DNA of 64,000 nucleotides from an uncultured Clostridium sp. (GCA_947647595.1 CANSKZ010000004.1:71541-135540), one strand, 5' to 3'; positions 9,717 to 19,591 are shown, counted from the stretch's first letter. Notes: generated by a model from the sequence alone, not told the origin. Numbers and translations: made by a program.

Positions 9717-10250
9717 ATGATGGAAGAAAATATTTTAGAAAAAGTTAAAGTATTGTATGAATCAGAAACGTTGCAAAAAAGAATTGCAGAAATGGCAAAA
9801 CAAATCGATGAAGATTATAAGGGAAAAACCATTACAGTGATTTCAGTTTTAAAAGGAGCTGTATTTTTTACGGTAGATTTGGTGACCAAAATGAAAACAC
9901 CAATTGAGTTAGAAGTGATGCAAGTTTCTAGTTATGAAGGAACAGAAAGCACACAAAAAATAAACATAAAAAAAGATTTGGATAACGATATTTCAGGAAA
10001 AGATGTTTTAATTGTGGAAGATATTATCGATACAGGTCATACCTTAAAACATTTAAAAGAATATTTAATGAGCAAAAACCCGAAATCTTTAAAATTAGCG
10101 GTTTTAGCAGACAAAAAAGAAAGACGTGAAGTAGATGTTGAAATCGATTATACAGGATTTGTGATTCCAAATAAATTTGTAATTGGTTATGGATTTGACT
10201 ATAATGAAATCGGCAGAAATTTGCCATATATTGGATATATTGAGGTGTAA
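9717..10250 (+). CDS. hpt: Hypoxanthine-guanine phosphoribosyltransferase
   Basis: PRTase motif VLIVEDIIDTGHTL and AGGAGG RBS. Confidence 0.9.
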   Translation: MMEENILEKVKVLYESETLQKRIAEMAKQIDEDYKGKTITVISVLKGAVFFTVDLVTKMKTPIELEVMQVSSYEGTESTQKINIKKDLDNDISGKDVLIVEDIIDTGHTLKHLKEYLMSKNPKSLKLAVLADKKERREVDVEIDYTGFVIPNKFVIGYGFDYNEIGRNLPYIGYIEV

Positions 10251-10252
10251 AA

Positions 10253-12046
10253 TTGTTTCAGATTGAAGAAGAATTAAAAAAATTACCACAAAAACCACGG
10301 TGTTTATATCATGAAAGATAAAAACGATACTGTTATTTATGTTGGAAAAGCAGTTGTTTTACGAAATCGTGTGAGACAATATTTTCGTAAAAACAACAAA
10401 ACAGCACGTATTGAAAAAATGGTTTCTTTAATTGACCATTTCGAATATATTGTGGTAAATAGTGAAGATGAAGCTTTGATTTTAGAATGTAATTTAATCA
10501 AAAAATATCGTCCACGTTTTAATGTTTTGTTGAAAGATGATAAAACGTATCCGTATATTCGTGTAGATGTAAAAGCAGATTATCCCAGTATTTTTATGAC
10601 GAGAAAATTGCAAAACGATGGAGCAAAATATTTTGGACCCTATGCGAATTCAGGAAGTGCCAAAGAAATGCTTAGTTTTATTAAAGAACGATTTCAGGTA
10701 AGGCAATGTAAAAATTTTAAAAATAAGGACCGCGCTTGCTTGAATTATCATATAAAAAAATGTTTAGCACCTTGTATGGGCTATGTGAACAAGGAAGAAT
10801 ATCATAAGCAAATTGACCAAATTATGTTGTTGTTAGAAGGAAAAATTGATGTTATTATCAAAGAATTAAATCAAGAAATGATGCAATATGCAGAAAAACA
10901 AGATTATGAAAAAGCTGCCGAGATTCGTGACCGAATTCAAGCGATTGAGCGTGTTTCAGAAAAGCAAAAAGTATCAAATGTTTCAGAACATAATATTGAC
11001 GTAATTGGTTTATACAAAAATGAAATGACGGTTTGCATCGAAATTTTCTTTATTCGTGGTAGCAAAATGATTGGGAGAGAACATTACTTTTTTGATGATT
11101 TGAGAGATATGGAAGAAAGCGAAATTATGGCTGGTTTTATCAAACAATATTATTTCGAAAAAGAAGATTTGCCCAATAAAATTATGATGCGTTTTGCATT
11201 AGAAGAAAAAGAGACGATTGAAAGTTATTTATCAAAAAAGGCGGGTAGAAAAGTAACATTAAAAAGTCCGCAAAAAGGCGAAAAATTAAAGTTTGTGGAA
11301 ATGGCGGAATTGAACAGTAAAATTACATTGGAAAATAAATTGAAGGATAAAAGTGAGTTATTATTGGAATTGAAAGAAGTGTTGCAATTGGAAAATTTAC
11401 CGCTGAAAATCGAAAGTTTTGATATTTCGAATATGGCTGGAAATTTTGTGGTGGCAGGCATGTGTGTAGCACAAAAAGGAGTGATAAAAAGAAATTTATC
11501 AAGGCGTTTCAAAATTAAAACAGTAGTGCGGACAAGATGACCCAAAATGCATGCAAGAAGTAGTTTCAAGACGTTTGAAACATTCACTAGAAAATCCCAA
11601 TGGTGGATTTCGGAAAGCTTCCTGATTTGATTTTAGCAGATGGGGGAATTACCCAAATTCGTGCAATAAAAAATGCTTTGAAGGAAAATCAGCTAGAAGA
11701 CAAAATTCCAGTTTTTGGCATGATAAAAGATGATAAACATTCCACAAAAGCCTTGATAAATGAGGAAAGAAAAGAATTTGAAATTTCAGAGAATTTGTTT
11801 CATTTCATTACAAATTTGCAAGATGAAGTGCACAAAACAGCCATTGAATATCACCGAAAAGTGCGTGACAAAGAAATGACAAAATCCAAATTAGATGAAA
11901 TTACCGGCATTGGAGAGAAAAAAAGAAGTTTATTACTGAAAAAATTCGGAAGTATAAAAAAACTGAAAGAAGCGGATGTGACTGAAATTGCAAAGGTAAA
12001 GGGAATTAATTTGAATTTGGCAAAAAAAATTAAAGAAGAATTGTAA
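10253..12046 (+). CDS. uvrC: Excinuclease ABC subunit C (UvrC); needs three +1 frame changes at in-frame CGG 10298, 11529 and 11611
   Basis: TTG start in frame 2 reads LFQIEEELKKLPQKP-R(CGG)-CLYHER*; skipping C gives ...KLPQKPGVYIMKDKNDTVIYVGKA (GIY-YIG). Frame 0 ends ...RRFKIKTVV-R(CGG)-TR*; +1 gives ...VVGQDDPKCMQEVVSRRLKHSLENPNGGF-R(CGG)-KAS*; +1 again gives ...GGFGKLPDLILADGGITQ... and the C-terminal HhH. The joined product is about 597 aa. Confidence 0.85.
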
Positions 12047-12052
12047 AATTTG

Positions 12053-12081
12053 CTTTGCTATTTTTATATTTTGTGATATAA
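12053..12081 (+). promoter_or_regulatory. Sigma-A-type promoter (TTGCTA-N17-TGnTATAAT)
   Basis: ttgctatttttatattttgtgatataat lies immediately upstream of gene 12115. Confidence 0.4.
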
Positions 12082-12114
12082 TATCAAAATACAAAAGAAT
12101 TTTTAGGAGAAATT

Positions 12115-13656
12115 ATGGAGGAAAAACAAACCAAAAAATTTGAATTAAATACGAAAATATTAGAAAATTTTGACCAAGTTATGGCAACTAAGTTAGATGA
12201 AATTGAAGAATTAAAAATTACAGGTCTAGATAAAACTTCAAAATTATTGAATATTATTAGTTTGTGTGCGAATATAAAAACGTTAATTATTGAAGGTGAC
12301 CAAAGAATTAATTCAGATAAAATATTGACGAATTTATTTCATCCAGAAAAGCTAGAAAATCTTGTGTTAAATGATGTTAAAATTCCGTCAACGAATAGTT
12401 TGAAAAAATTGACTAACTTAAAAATGATTTCTTTGAATGATATTCGATTTTGTCAAATAGACAAATTTTTTCGTGGAATTGTACATCCCGAAAAATTAGA
12501 AATTATCAATGTTTCTAATACGGATATGGGCAACCATTCACTAGAGGTTTTGAGTGATTTTACGAAATTGAAATATTTAAAATTGGAAGGCTTAAAAAAC
12601 GGAAGGTTAAGTAATTTAGAATTTTTGAGAAGAAATCCAAATCTTCTAAAAATTGATATGATGAATACTTTGGTTGCTGTATCGGAATTAAATCATTTGC
12701 TTCAGGGAAGTTTTTCAAAAAATATTGCAGTTTGGTTAACAGATGCTAAAGGTAAACAAATCAAAAATGCTAATTTGAAAATAGAACAAGAGGTTTCGGA
12801 AATTACAATTTTGAGTAGCGATTTAGAAAAAATAGCAAATGACGTAAATTTATGTAGAATTCGTCGCATTAATGTTATCTTAAAGGAACCATTGAAAAAC
12901 TTTGAAACCTTACAAAGTTTAGCAAATTTGGAAAATGAAAAACACATTATTTTAAACGATTATTCGGCTTTGGATGTAAATCAAGCTGAAAAAATAAGAG
13001 ATATTTTTCATTTAGAAAACTTAGAATTTGTTGATGAAAAAGGAAACAATCAAATTACCATTGAAGCCTATATTCAGATGCGCAAAGTAATAGAAAAGGT
13101 GATTGATAGTATTTCTAATCATGTAAGTAATGTAGAAAAGTTTTTAGAAATTTATCAATATTTAGGAAAAGAATTTAAGGTTTCTATGCAAGAATCTAAT
13201 TTGGAAAATAAGATTTGTACTGCATTTGAAATGTGTCAACTTCTTCAAAATTGTTTGAAGGAATTGGGGATTGATTCGAATATTATAGCAGGTAAAGAAT
13301 TAGAAAATGATAAAAAGCATTTTTGGAATCAAGTAGAATTAGAAAAAAAATGGTACAATGTTGATTTAGTACTAGATATCGAAAATCTCAAAAAAAATAG
13401 GACAGAATATTGTTTAATTGGCGACAAAGACTTTTTTGAAACGCATACTCCAAAAGCTGGTAAGAATAATTATTGTCCTGAAGATTTTAACCCTAAATTG
13501 ATTCATGTATTTTTTAAAACGGGTCTATTCAAAGAAAAATTAATTGCTTCTTATATCGAAGTAGCAATTGAAAAAATAAAAAAATTATTGAATTTTAATA
13601 AAAAACAGGAAGTTTTGGCTTTGCCAGATAAAATACAAGAAGAAGATAAAAACTAG
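12115..13656 (+). CDS. Leucine-rich-repeat (LRR) protein with a C-terminal transglutaminase-like cysteine protease domain
   Basis: N-terminal half has LxxLxLxxN-type repeats (LENLVLNDVKI, LTNLKMISLNDI, LKYLKLEGLKN). C-terminal has the Cys/His/Asp pattern CTAFEMCQLL...HFWNQVEL...YNVDLV typical of the transglutaminase-like superfamily. Confidence 0.55.
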   Translation: MEEKQTKKFELNTKILENFDQVMATKLDEIEELKITGLDKTSKLLNIISLCANIKTLIIEGDQRINSDKILTNLFHPEKLENLVLNDVKIPSTNSLKKLTNLKMISLNDIRFCQIDKFFRGIVHPEKLEIINVSNTDMGNHSLEVLSDFTKLKYLKLEGLKNGRLSNLEFLRRNPNLLKIDMMNTLVAVSELNHLLQGSFSKNIAVWLTDAKGKQIKNANLKIEQEVSEITILSSDLEKIANDVNLCRIRRINVILKEPLKNFETLQSLANLENEKHIILNDYSALDVNQAEKIRDIFHLENLEFVDEKGNNQITIEAYIQMRKVIEKVIDSISNHVSNVEKFLEIYQYLGKEFKVSMQESNLENKICTAFEMCQLLQNCLKELGIDSNIIAGKELENDKKHFWNQVELEKKWYNVDLVLDIENLKKNRTEYCLIGDKDFFETHTPKAGKNNYCPEDFNPKLIHVFFKTGLFKEKLIASYIEVAIEKIKKLLNFNKKQEVLALPDKIQEEDKN

Positions 13657-13670
13657 AAATATTTACATAA

Positions 13671-13763
13671 GGAGAGTTGTCTGAGTTCGGTTTAAGGTAC
13701 CAGTCTCGAAAACTGGCGTAGGATTTTGTCCTACCGTGGGTTCAAATCCCACACTCTCCGCCA
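13671..13763 (+). tRNA. tRNA-Ser (anticodon CGA), class II tRNA with a long variable arm, encoded CCA end
   Basis: Acceptor stem GGAGAGT/ACTCTCC; anticodon stem CCAGT/ACTGG with loop CTCGAAA; variable arm GTAGGA...TCCTAC; T-arm GTGGG TTCAAAT CCCAC; 3' GCCA. Confidence 0.85.
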
Positions 13764-13803
13764 TATTAATTTAGGTTTTCTAAAAAATGTGTAAATGTTT
13801 CAC

Positions 13804-13832
13804 TTGACAAAACCAAAAATAAGATGTATACT
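13804..13832 (+). promoter_or_regulatory. Sigma-A-type promoter for rpmF (TTGACA-N17-TATACT)
   Basis: Consensus -35 TTGACA at 13804-13809 and -10 TATACT at 13827-13832. Confidence 0.5.
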
Positions 13833-13928
13833 AATTAGGTGAATTTTGTAAAAAAGGATTCATTCCAAATAAAATATAAATTTTAAGTATGAACAGTACT
13901 TAAAGAAACCAAGTAAGGAGGGATAAAA

Positions 13929-14120
13929 ATGGCACAACCAAAAAGAAGATGGTCAAAAAGAAGAACAGGATTACGTAGAGCAAACTGGAAATTAGAAGAA
14001 ACTACAAAAGGAACATGTTCGCATTGCCACGAACCAGTATTACCACATAAAGTATGTTCTAATTGTGGATATTATAATGGAAAAGAAGTAATAACCAAAA
14101 AAGCTAGTAATGAAGATTAA
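13929..14120 (+). CDS. rpmF: 50S ribosomal protein L32
   Basis: MAQPKRRWSKRRTGLRRANWKL... with a C4 zinc ribbon (CSHCHE...CSNCG); RBS AAGGAGGG. Confidence 0.85.
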   Translation: MAQPKRRWSKRRTGLRRANWKLEETTKGTCSHCHEPVLPHKVCSNCGYYNGKEVITKKASNED

Positions 14121-14161
14121 AAGAGTTAAGGTCATAGGCCTTAATTTTTTTGCAAAAAATA

Positions 14162-14190
14162 TTGACAGAAATGGAAATAAGTAGTATACT
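14162..14190 (+). promoter_or_regulatory. Sigma-A-type promoter (TTGACA-N17-TATACT) driving a ~70-nt transcript that ends at terminator 14237-14267
   Basis: The consensus hexamers are near-duplicates of the rpmF promoter block; no ORF lies between promoter and terminator. Confidence 0.45.
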
Positions 14191-14236
14191 ATTATTAATA
14201 ATTGAAAACAATCTTAAACAAAAAAGAAAAAATGAA

Positions 14237-14267
14237 AACAGGTAGTTGCTGCTACCTGTTTTTATTT
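14237..14267. terminator. Bidirectional rho-independent terminator (acaggtagTTGCTGctacctgt + T-run, A-run on the left)
   Basis: Perfect 8-bp GC-containing stem flanked by an A tract and a T tract; shared by the plus-strand short transcript and minus-strand small ORF A. Confidence 0.6.
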
Positions 14268-14401
14268 TATAAAAAAGACTGAATCAATTTAAGAATATAT
14301 GTAAAAATTTTAGAATGCTTTTTCTCAAATTCTATTGTAATTTCTGTTTGTTTTTTAGTCTTAGTTATTTTTTCTTTTGTTTTAAAAACAATCCTAAACA
14401 T
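14266..14401 (-). pseudogene. Small lysine-rich peptide gene, paralog A (frame broken in an A4 run; intact homologs at 27640 and 33699)
   Basis: The RBS GGAGGTGAT precedes ATG 14401..14399. It reads MFRIVFKTKEKITKTKKQTE then TGA after 25 codons. A +1 shift in GAAAAT restores ...ITIEFEKKHSKIFTYILKLIQSFL*, about 44 aa, with the same architecture as copies B and C. Confidence 0.35.
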
Positions 14402-14563
14402 CCATATCACCTCCTTTCAAGAATGTGAAACGATATTTAAAAATTTAATGGAAATGTTCTTAAGAAAATAAGAACGTTTGAAATAATTTTTTATTATTAT
14501 AGAACGAAAACCAAAAAATTGCAAGAGAAAAATAAATTTTTTGTTCTAAAAAAAATTTCCTTG

Positions 14564-14571
14564 CATATATA
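14564..14571 (+). promoter_or_regulatory. Possible sigma-E-type -10 element (CATATATA) for the spoIIIA operon
   Basis: Matches CATACAnT-like -10 about 32 nt upstream of the spoIIIAA start; no clear -35. Confidence 0.25.
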
Positions 14572-14602
14572 TTAATAAATAACCCAGAAAGGATTTAAAA
14601 AA

Positions 14603-15535
14603 TTGAATCATATTCTAAAATATTTCCCAGATAAAATTGAGAAAAAAATTGCAGAAGAAATTTTGGACAAGATGGATAACTTAGAAGAAATCAGACTTCG
14701 TACCCAAAGACCAATTATTTTGAAGTTTAACGATGGTGATAAAATTATCAAGCACACAGTAACAACCGAAGAAATTTTATCTTGTTTGCAAATGATATGC
14801 GAAAATTCGATTTACACCTATCAAAACCAAATTTCAGAAGGATTTATTACCATAAAAGGTGGACATCGTGTTGGAATTAGTGGTTCTTGTGTTGTGGAAG
14901 AGGGAAAAGTAATTAATATTAATTATGTATATAGCTTAAATTTCAGAGTGGCAAGACAAGTTGTAGGAAGTAGTAATAAATTATTAAAGCATGTTTTAAA
15001 TTTGGAGCAAAATAGTGTTTACAATACTTTGATTGTTGCTCCACCGGGAGCTGGAAAAACGACTATTTTGCGAGATTTAATCAGGCAAATTTCAAGTGGG
15101 ATTAAAGAAGTCAAATTTAAAGCATTAAATGTTGGCGTTGTGGACGAGCGTGGTGAAATTGCTGCATTATACAAAGGGATGCCGCAAAATGATATTGGCA
15201 TCAAAACTGATATTATTGAAAACGTTCACAAAAGCATTGGTATGCGAATGCTAATTCGCTCGATGGCACCCAAAATAATTGTTGCAGACGAAATTGGAAA
15301 CAAAGATGATATCGAAGCCATTGATTATGCAGTTTGTTCTGGTTGTAAAGGGATTTTTACTGCTCATGGAAGTGCCATTGAAGATGTCATGTTAAATCCA
15401 GTATTAAAAACATTGTCGAACAATCATATTTTTGATAAATTAATTTTCTTAGATACAGAAGCAAAAGGAAATATAAAAGAAGTATATGAAATTAATAAAA
15501 AAAATACGACCTATCAAAAAGTAGGAGATAAATAA
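14603..15535 (+). CDS. spoIIIAA: Stage III sporulation protein AA (ATPase)
   Basis: TTG start. Walker A APPGAGKTT, the EEIRLR motif and a secretion-ATPase-like fold. Confidence 0.85.
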   Translation: MNHILKYFPDKIEKKIAEEILDKMDNLEEIRLRTQRPIILKFNDGDKIIKHTVTTEEILSCLQMICENSIYTYQNQISEGFITIKGGHRVGISGSCVVEEGKVININYVYSLNFRVARQVVGSSNKLLKHVLNLEQNSVYNTLIVAPPGAGKTTILRDLIRQISSGIKEVKFKALNVGVVDERGEIAALYKGMPQNDIGIKTDIIENVHKSIGMRMLIRSMAPKIIVADEIGNKDDIEAIDYAVCSGCKGIFTAHGSAIEDVMLNPVLKTLSNNHIFDKLIFLDTEAKGNIKEVYEINKKNTTYQKVGDK

Positions 15536-16044
15536 TGTTCGTTTTTTTGAAAATCATAATTTTATTTTTTATCTTAATCATTTGTACAAGCATTGGTATG
15601 CTAAAAGCCAAAGTGTATAACAATCGCGTGATGGAATTAAAAAAAGTAAAAAATTCGTTAGAAGTTTTAAAAAGCAAAATTGAATTTACGTATGAACCGA
15701 TTCAAGATATTTTTCAAGAAATTTCTAATATAGTGTATGCCAACCAAGCCAATATTTTTCAGGAAACTGTGAAAAATATTGGAAAATTCGGCGTTACAGA
15801 AAGTTGGACTAGAGCCGTTGAAAAAAATGCGGATTTGAATGAAGAAGATAAATCCACCATTAAAATGTTTGGCAAATTATTAGGAAAAACCGATAAATCT
15901 GGTCAAATTAACGAAATTAACGTAACTAGCAAATTATTGGATACCCAAATTGAAAAAGCAGAACAAGACAAAGACAAAAATTACAAATTGTTCAAAACCT
16001 TAGGAACCGTTGTTGGTATCGGTTTATGTATTATTTTGATATAA
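15535..16044 (+). CDS. spoIIIAB: Stage III sporulation protein AB
   Basis: 169 aa with an N-terminal TM helix; position and length match SpoIIIAB, and the stop of AA overlaps the start of AB. Confidence 0.75.
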   Translation: MFVFLKIIILFFILIICTSIGMLKAKVYNNRVMELKKVKNSLEVLKSKIEFTYEPIQDIFQEISNIVYANQANIFQETVKNIGKFGVTESWTRAVEKNADLNEEDKSTIKMFGKLLGKTDKSGQINEINVTSKLLDTQIEKAEQDKDKNYKLFKTLGTVVGIGLCIILI

Positions 16045-16070
16045 AATCACACAAAAGAAAGGAAAAAAAC

Positions 16071-16265
16071 ATGGATGTCAATTTATTATTTAAAATTGCA
16101 GGAATCGGAATTATTGTAGCTGTCTTACATCAAATATTAAGCAAAGCGGGCAGAGAAGACCAAGCAATGATGACAACTTTAGCTGGTATGGTAATTGTTC
16201 TTACCATTGTCATTAAAGAAATTAGCGAACTTTTCAATACAGTAAGGACGGTGTTTGATTTATAA
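16071..16265 (+). CDS. spoIIIAC: Stage III sporulation protein AC
   Basis: 64 aa, MDVNLLFKIAGIGIIVAVLHQILSKAGREDQA..., the two-TM SpoIIIAC/AD family. Confidence 0.8.
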   Translation: MDVNLLFKIAGIGIIVAVLHQILSKAGREDQAMMTTLAGMVIVLTIVIKEISELFNTVRTVFDL

Positions 16266-16646
16266 TGGAAGTTATCAAAATCATAGGCGTTCGGTTTTAT
16301 TACATTAATCATTACAATTATGTTAAAAGAATATCGAAAAGATTTTGCCATATTTTCGGTTTTAATGGGTGGAGCCATTATTTTGTATATTTCACTGGAT
16401 ACCTTAACTGGCATTATCGATTTTATCAAACAATTAAGCAAACAATGCAACACCGAATTTATTTCTGTTTTACTAAAAATCACTGGAATTTCCATTCTTG
16501 CCGAATATGCTGTCAGCATTTGTAAAGATAGTGGCGAAACCAGCATTGCAAACAAAATTGATTTAGGAAGCAAAATTATCGTAATTTCCATGTCAATTCC
16601 TGTCATTTCAACAGCACTAGAATCTTTAACCAAATTATTACCGTAA
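16265..16646 (+). CDS. spoIIIAD: Stage III sporulation protein AD; needs a +1 frame change at in-frame CGG 16292-16294
   Basis: MEVIKIIGV-R(CGG)-FYYINH... is garbage in frame 2. Skipping C16292 gives MEVIKIIGVGFITLIITIMLKEYRKDFAIF...LKITGISILAEYAVSICKDSGETSIANKIDLGSKIIVISMSIPVI...LLP (127 aa), which matches SpoIIIAD. Confidence 0.75.
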
Positions 16647-16660
16647 AGAAAGGAACGAAA

Positions 16661-17740
16661 ATGAATGAATTCATGAATTCCCAAAAAAATATTCTTGGCA
16701 TATCGGATTTTCTACAAAGTGCTTCTACCTACACAAAAGATACTTTTCCAGATTTAGACATGGACAGCCTTTTTTCCAGTGCCATTAATGGCAGTATTTC
16801 CACTAATTTTTGGACAACCAGTATTCTAAATTTTGCACGGGCAAGAAGTAAAACTTGCTTTACAACTTATGATTACGGTTTTAATCATTATCATCATTCA
16901 TAGTTTGTTCAAAGCCATTATCGAAAATTTGGGAAATCATTCCATTAGCAAAATTGTTTATTTTATTCAATATTTAATCATTGTTACACTCATAACCGAC
17001 AGTCTTATTTCCATGATTGATTTAACCCGAAATTCCATTCAAGAAATTGTCAATTTTATGAATTTACTCATTCCACTTTTATCAACCTTAATGCTCACAA
17101 CAGGCTGTATTACAACCACAGGAATTGTTCAGCCAATCATTTTATTTATGATTAGTTTTATCGGAAATTTTATTGCCAATTTCATCATACCATTGCTTCT
17201 TATTTCCATGACACTTCGGAATCATATCCAACGTTTCGGACAAAATACAAATTGACCGATTATCCAAATTTTTAAAATCTTCCATTGTTTGGATTTTAGG
17301 AATTATTCTCACCATTTTCGTTTGTTCGTTATCCATTGAAGGAACATTAAGCAGTTCGGTTGACGGAATGACAGCCAAAACTGCGAAAGCAGCGATTTCA
17401 AATTTTATTCCCGTTGTAGGAAAAATTTTAGGAGATTCAGTTGATAGTATCATTGGTTGTGGCAATATTTTAAAAAATGCGGTTGGCGTGATTGGTGTGA
17501 TAATTCTCATTCGGAATTGTCATTTTACCAATTTTGAAATTGAGCATTTTATGGATTTCGTTTTATATTTTGTCTGGTGTGTGTGAAGTGGTTGCCGATG
17601 AAAAAATCGTCAAACTAATTGCGCAAATTTCGGATAGTTATAAAATTTTATTAGCCATTTTATTTTCCGTATCAGTCATGTTTATGATTGGCATTACATT
17701 AGTTTTAAAAATTACCAATAGTAGTTTGATGTATCGCTAA
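16661..17740 (+). CDS. spoIIIAE: Stage III sporulation protein AE; needs three +1 frame changes at in-frame CGG 16838, 17217 and 17512
   Basis: Four ORF-track pieces (16661-16903, 16833-17255, 17368-17586, 17534-17740) join exactly at CGG codons: ...ILNFA-R(CGG)->ILNFAGQEVKLALQ...; ...ISMTL-R(CGG)->ISMTLGIISNVSDKIQIDRLSKFLK...TAKTAKAAISNFIPVVGK...; ...IILI-R(CGG)->IILIGIVILPILKLSILWISF.... The result is about 359 aa and collinear with SpoIIIAE. Confidence 0.75.
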
Positions 17741-17751
17741 AAGGAGGAAAA

Positions 17752-18273
17752 ATGATTGCGTTTTTGAAAAGTTGGTGTGAAGGAATTATTGTAGCTGTGA
17801 TTCTTTCCCTCATGATAGAAACTATTTTGCCAGAAGGAAACAACAAAAAATATGTCAAAGTCGTAATTGGCATTTATTTGATTTTTACAATATTAAATCC
17901 TCTTTTGGGAAAACTAAATCCAGAAATTGAATTCAAAAGCAATTTTGATTTACCAAGCATTGAAACTTCCGCCAAGCCTAATACGCAAAATATCCAAGAA
18001 CTTTATACCAATGGCATAAAAGAAACCTTGAAAAATAAAATAGAAGAAGAATTCCAAGTCAAAGTAGAAAAGTTAGCAATTTCTTATGATGAAACTTACG
18101 AAAATATTGAAAACATAAGCTTAACCATTCAGCCAAGTGGCGTATCGGAAGTCGAAAAAGTAGTAATTGGAAATGAAACACAACCAGAACCAACAAAGCA
18201 AAATTATGAACCAATCAAACAATATATTTCTGAAAACTATGAAGTGGACAAATCCAAAATAACAATTCAATAA
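17752..18273 (+). CDS. spoIIIAF: Stage III sporulation protein AF
   Basis: 173 aa with two N-terminal TM helices; position in the operon. Confidence 0.7.
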   Translation: MIAFLKSWCEGIIVAVILSLMIETILPEGNNKKYVKVVIGIYLIFTILNPLLGKLNPEIEFKSNFDLPSIETSAKPNTQNIQELYTNGIKETLKNKIEEEFQVKVEKLAISYDETYENIENISLTIQPSGVSEVEKVVIGNETQPEPTKQNYEPIKQYISENYEVDKSKITIQ

Positions 18274-18292
18274 AAGAAAGGAAGGATTTTAG

Positions 18293-18856
18293 ATGGAAAA
18301 ATTCAAAAAAATGTTTCAAGATAAAAATAGAAAAATTGAAAATTTAGTGGTATTTTTAGTAATTTTAGTCATAACTTTAATCATTATTAATAAGATTATA
18401 AAAGGGGACAACAAGAAAGAAACCAAAAATTATTCTAACGCAGAACTCGCAACCACCAATTCAAATCCAATCGAATCCGATAATTTAGAAACTAGGTTAG
18501 AAAATATTTTATCCAAAATAGAAGGCGTTGGCGAAGTATCTGTGCTACTTACATACTCCGAAAGTAGCAAAATTGTTCCAATTTATAATGAAAACACCAG
18601 CAAAAGCGTTACCGAAGAAACCGACACGTCTGGTGGTACAAGAACCATTGAATCAGAAGATATTCAAAAAAATGTGGTAACCAATGCAGAATCCAATCCT
18701 GTAACTGGAAAAACCATTCAGCCCACCATCGAAGGTGCTATTGTAACAGCAAAGGGTGCTAGTAATTCCAAAGTGAAAGGCAATATTATTTCAGCTGTAG
18801 AAGCCGTAACAGGATTAGCAACCCATAAAATCCAAGTATTCGAATCAAAAAAATAA
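18293..18856 (+). CDS. spoIIIAG: Stage III sporulation protein AG
   Basis: 187 aa with an N-terminal TM and a C-terminal ring-building-motif-like domain ending ...ISAVEAVTGLATHKIQVFESKK. Confidence 0.7.
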   Translation: MEKFKKMFQDKNRKIENLVVFLVILVITLIIINKIIKGDNKKETKNYSNAELATTNSNPIESDNLETRLENILSKIEGVGEVSVLLTYSESSKIVPIYNENTSKSVTEETDTSGGTRTIESEDIQKNVVTNAESNPVTGKTIQPTIEGAIVTAKGASNSKVKGNIISAVEAVTGLATHKIQVFESKK

Positions 18857-18881
18857 AAATAAAAAGGAAAGGATGAAAAGG

Positions 18882-19461
18882 ATGAAAAAAGAAAATTTAA
18901 AACACATTGTTTTAATCGTAACAGCCATTTGCTTAATTGGGATTGGTTATTTAAATTATGATTATGAACCAACCGTAGAAGTGGCATCTCTTGAAAATCA
19001 AGTGGATGAGACGACACTTCGGAGATGTTCAATTAGTAAATAGCAATGCTGTAAAAGAAGGGATTGTTCCGAATGAGGAAGAAGAAACGACACAGACGAA
19101 TAGCAATACCAATTCCGATGAATATTTCACGAGCACTCGTTTAGAACGTGAAACCATGTATTCCCAAATGCTAGAAACCTATCAGAAAATGGTAGATAGC
19201 AATGAAATTACCAATGACCAAAAAGCAATTGCTATTCAAGAAATCAACCATATTACCAATTTAAAAAATGCCATTATGATTGCTGAAAATTTAATTAAAA
19301 ACAAAAATTTTGAAGATGTGGTAATTTTAGTCAGCAACAATACAGCAAGTGTTATTGTCAAATCCAGTAATTTGAATGCAGAGCAAATTGCACAAATTCA
19401 AAATATTGTGTGTCGCGAATTAGGAATGGAATCCGAAAAAATCAATATTAGTCAAAAATAG
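18882..19461 (+). CDS. spoIIIAH: Stage III sporulation protein AH; needs a +1 frame change at in-frame CGG 19020-19022
   Basis: MKKENLKHIVLIVTAICLIGIGYLNYDYEPTVEVASLENQVDETTL-R(CGG)-RCSISK*. +1 gives ...ETTLGDVQLVNSNAVKEG...IVCRELGMESEKINISQK (YscJ-like C-terminus), which is the rest of ORF 18991..19461. Confidence 0.7.
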
Positions 19462-19591
19462 GAAAGATGCAAAAATTTTACTAGCATATTTGAGCTTTAA
19501 ATCATCCAAAATAGAATTATAAAGTCAAGACAAAAAGTCAAACTTTATAACGAAAAACGTGAATTTTTACGAAACAAATGGAGGTTTAAAA

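Noticed and set aside
16265-16525. 86-aa ORF-track entry MEVIKIIGVRFYYINHYNYV...
   Set aside because: Only the first 9 codons are real (spoIIIAD start). After CGG 16292 this frame is nonsense, and the true continuation is ORF 16320-16646.
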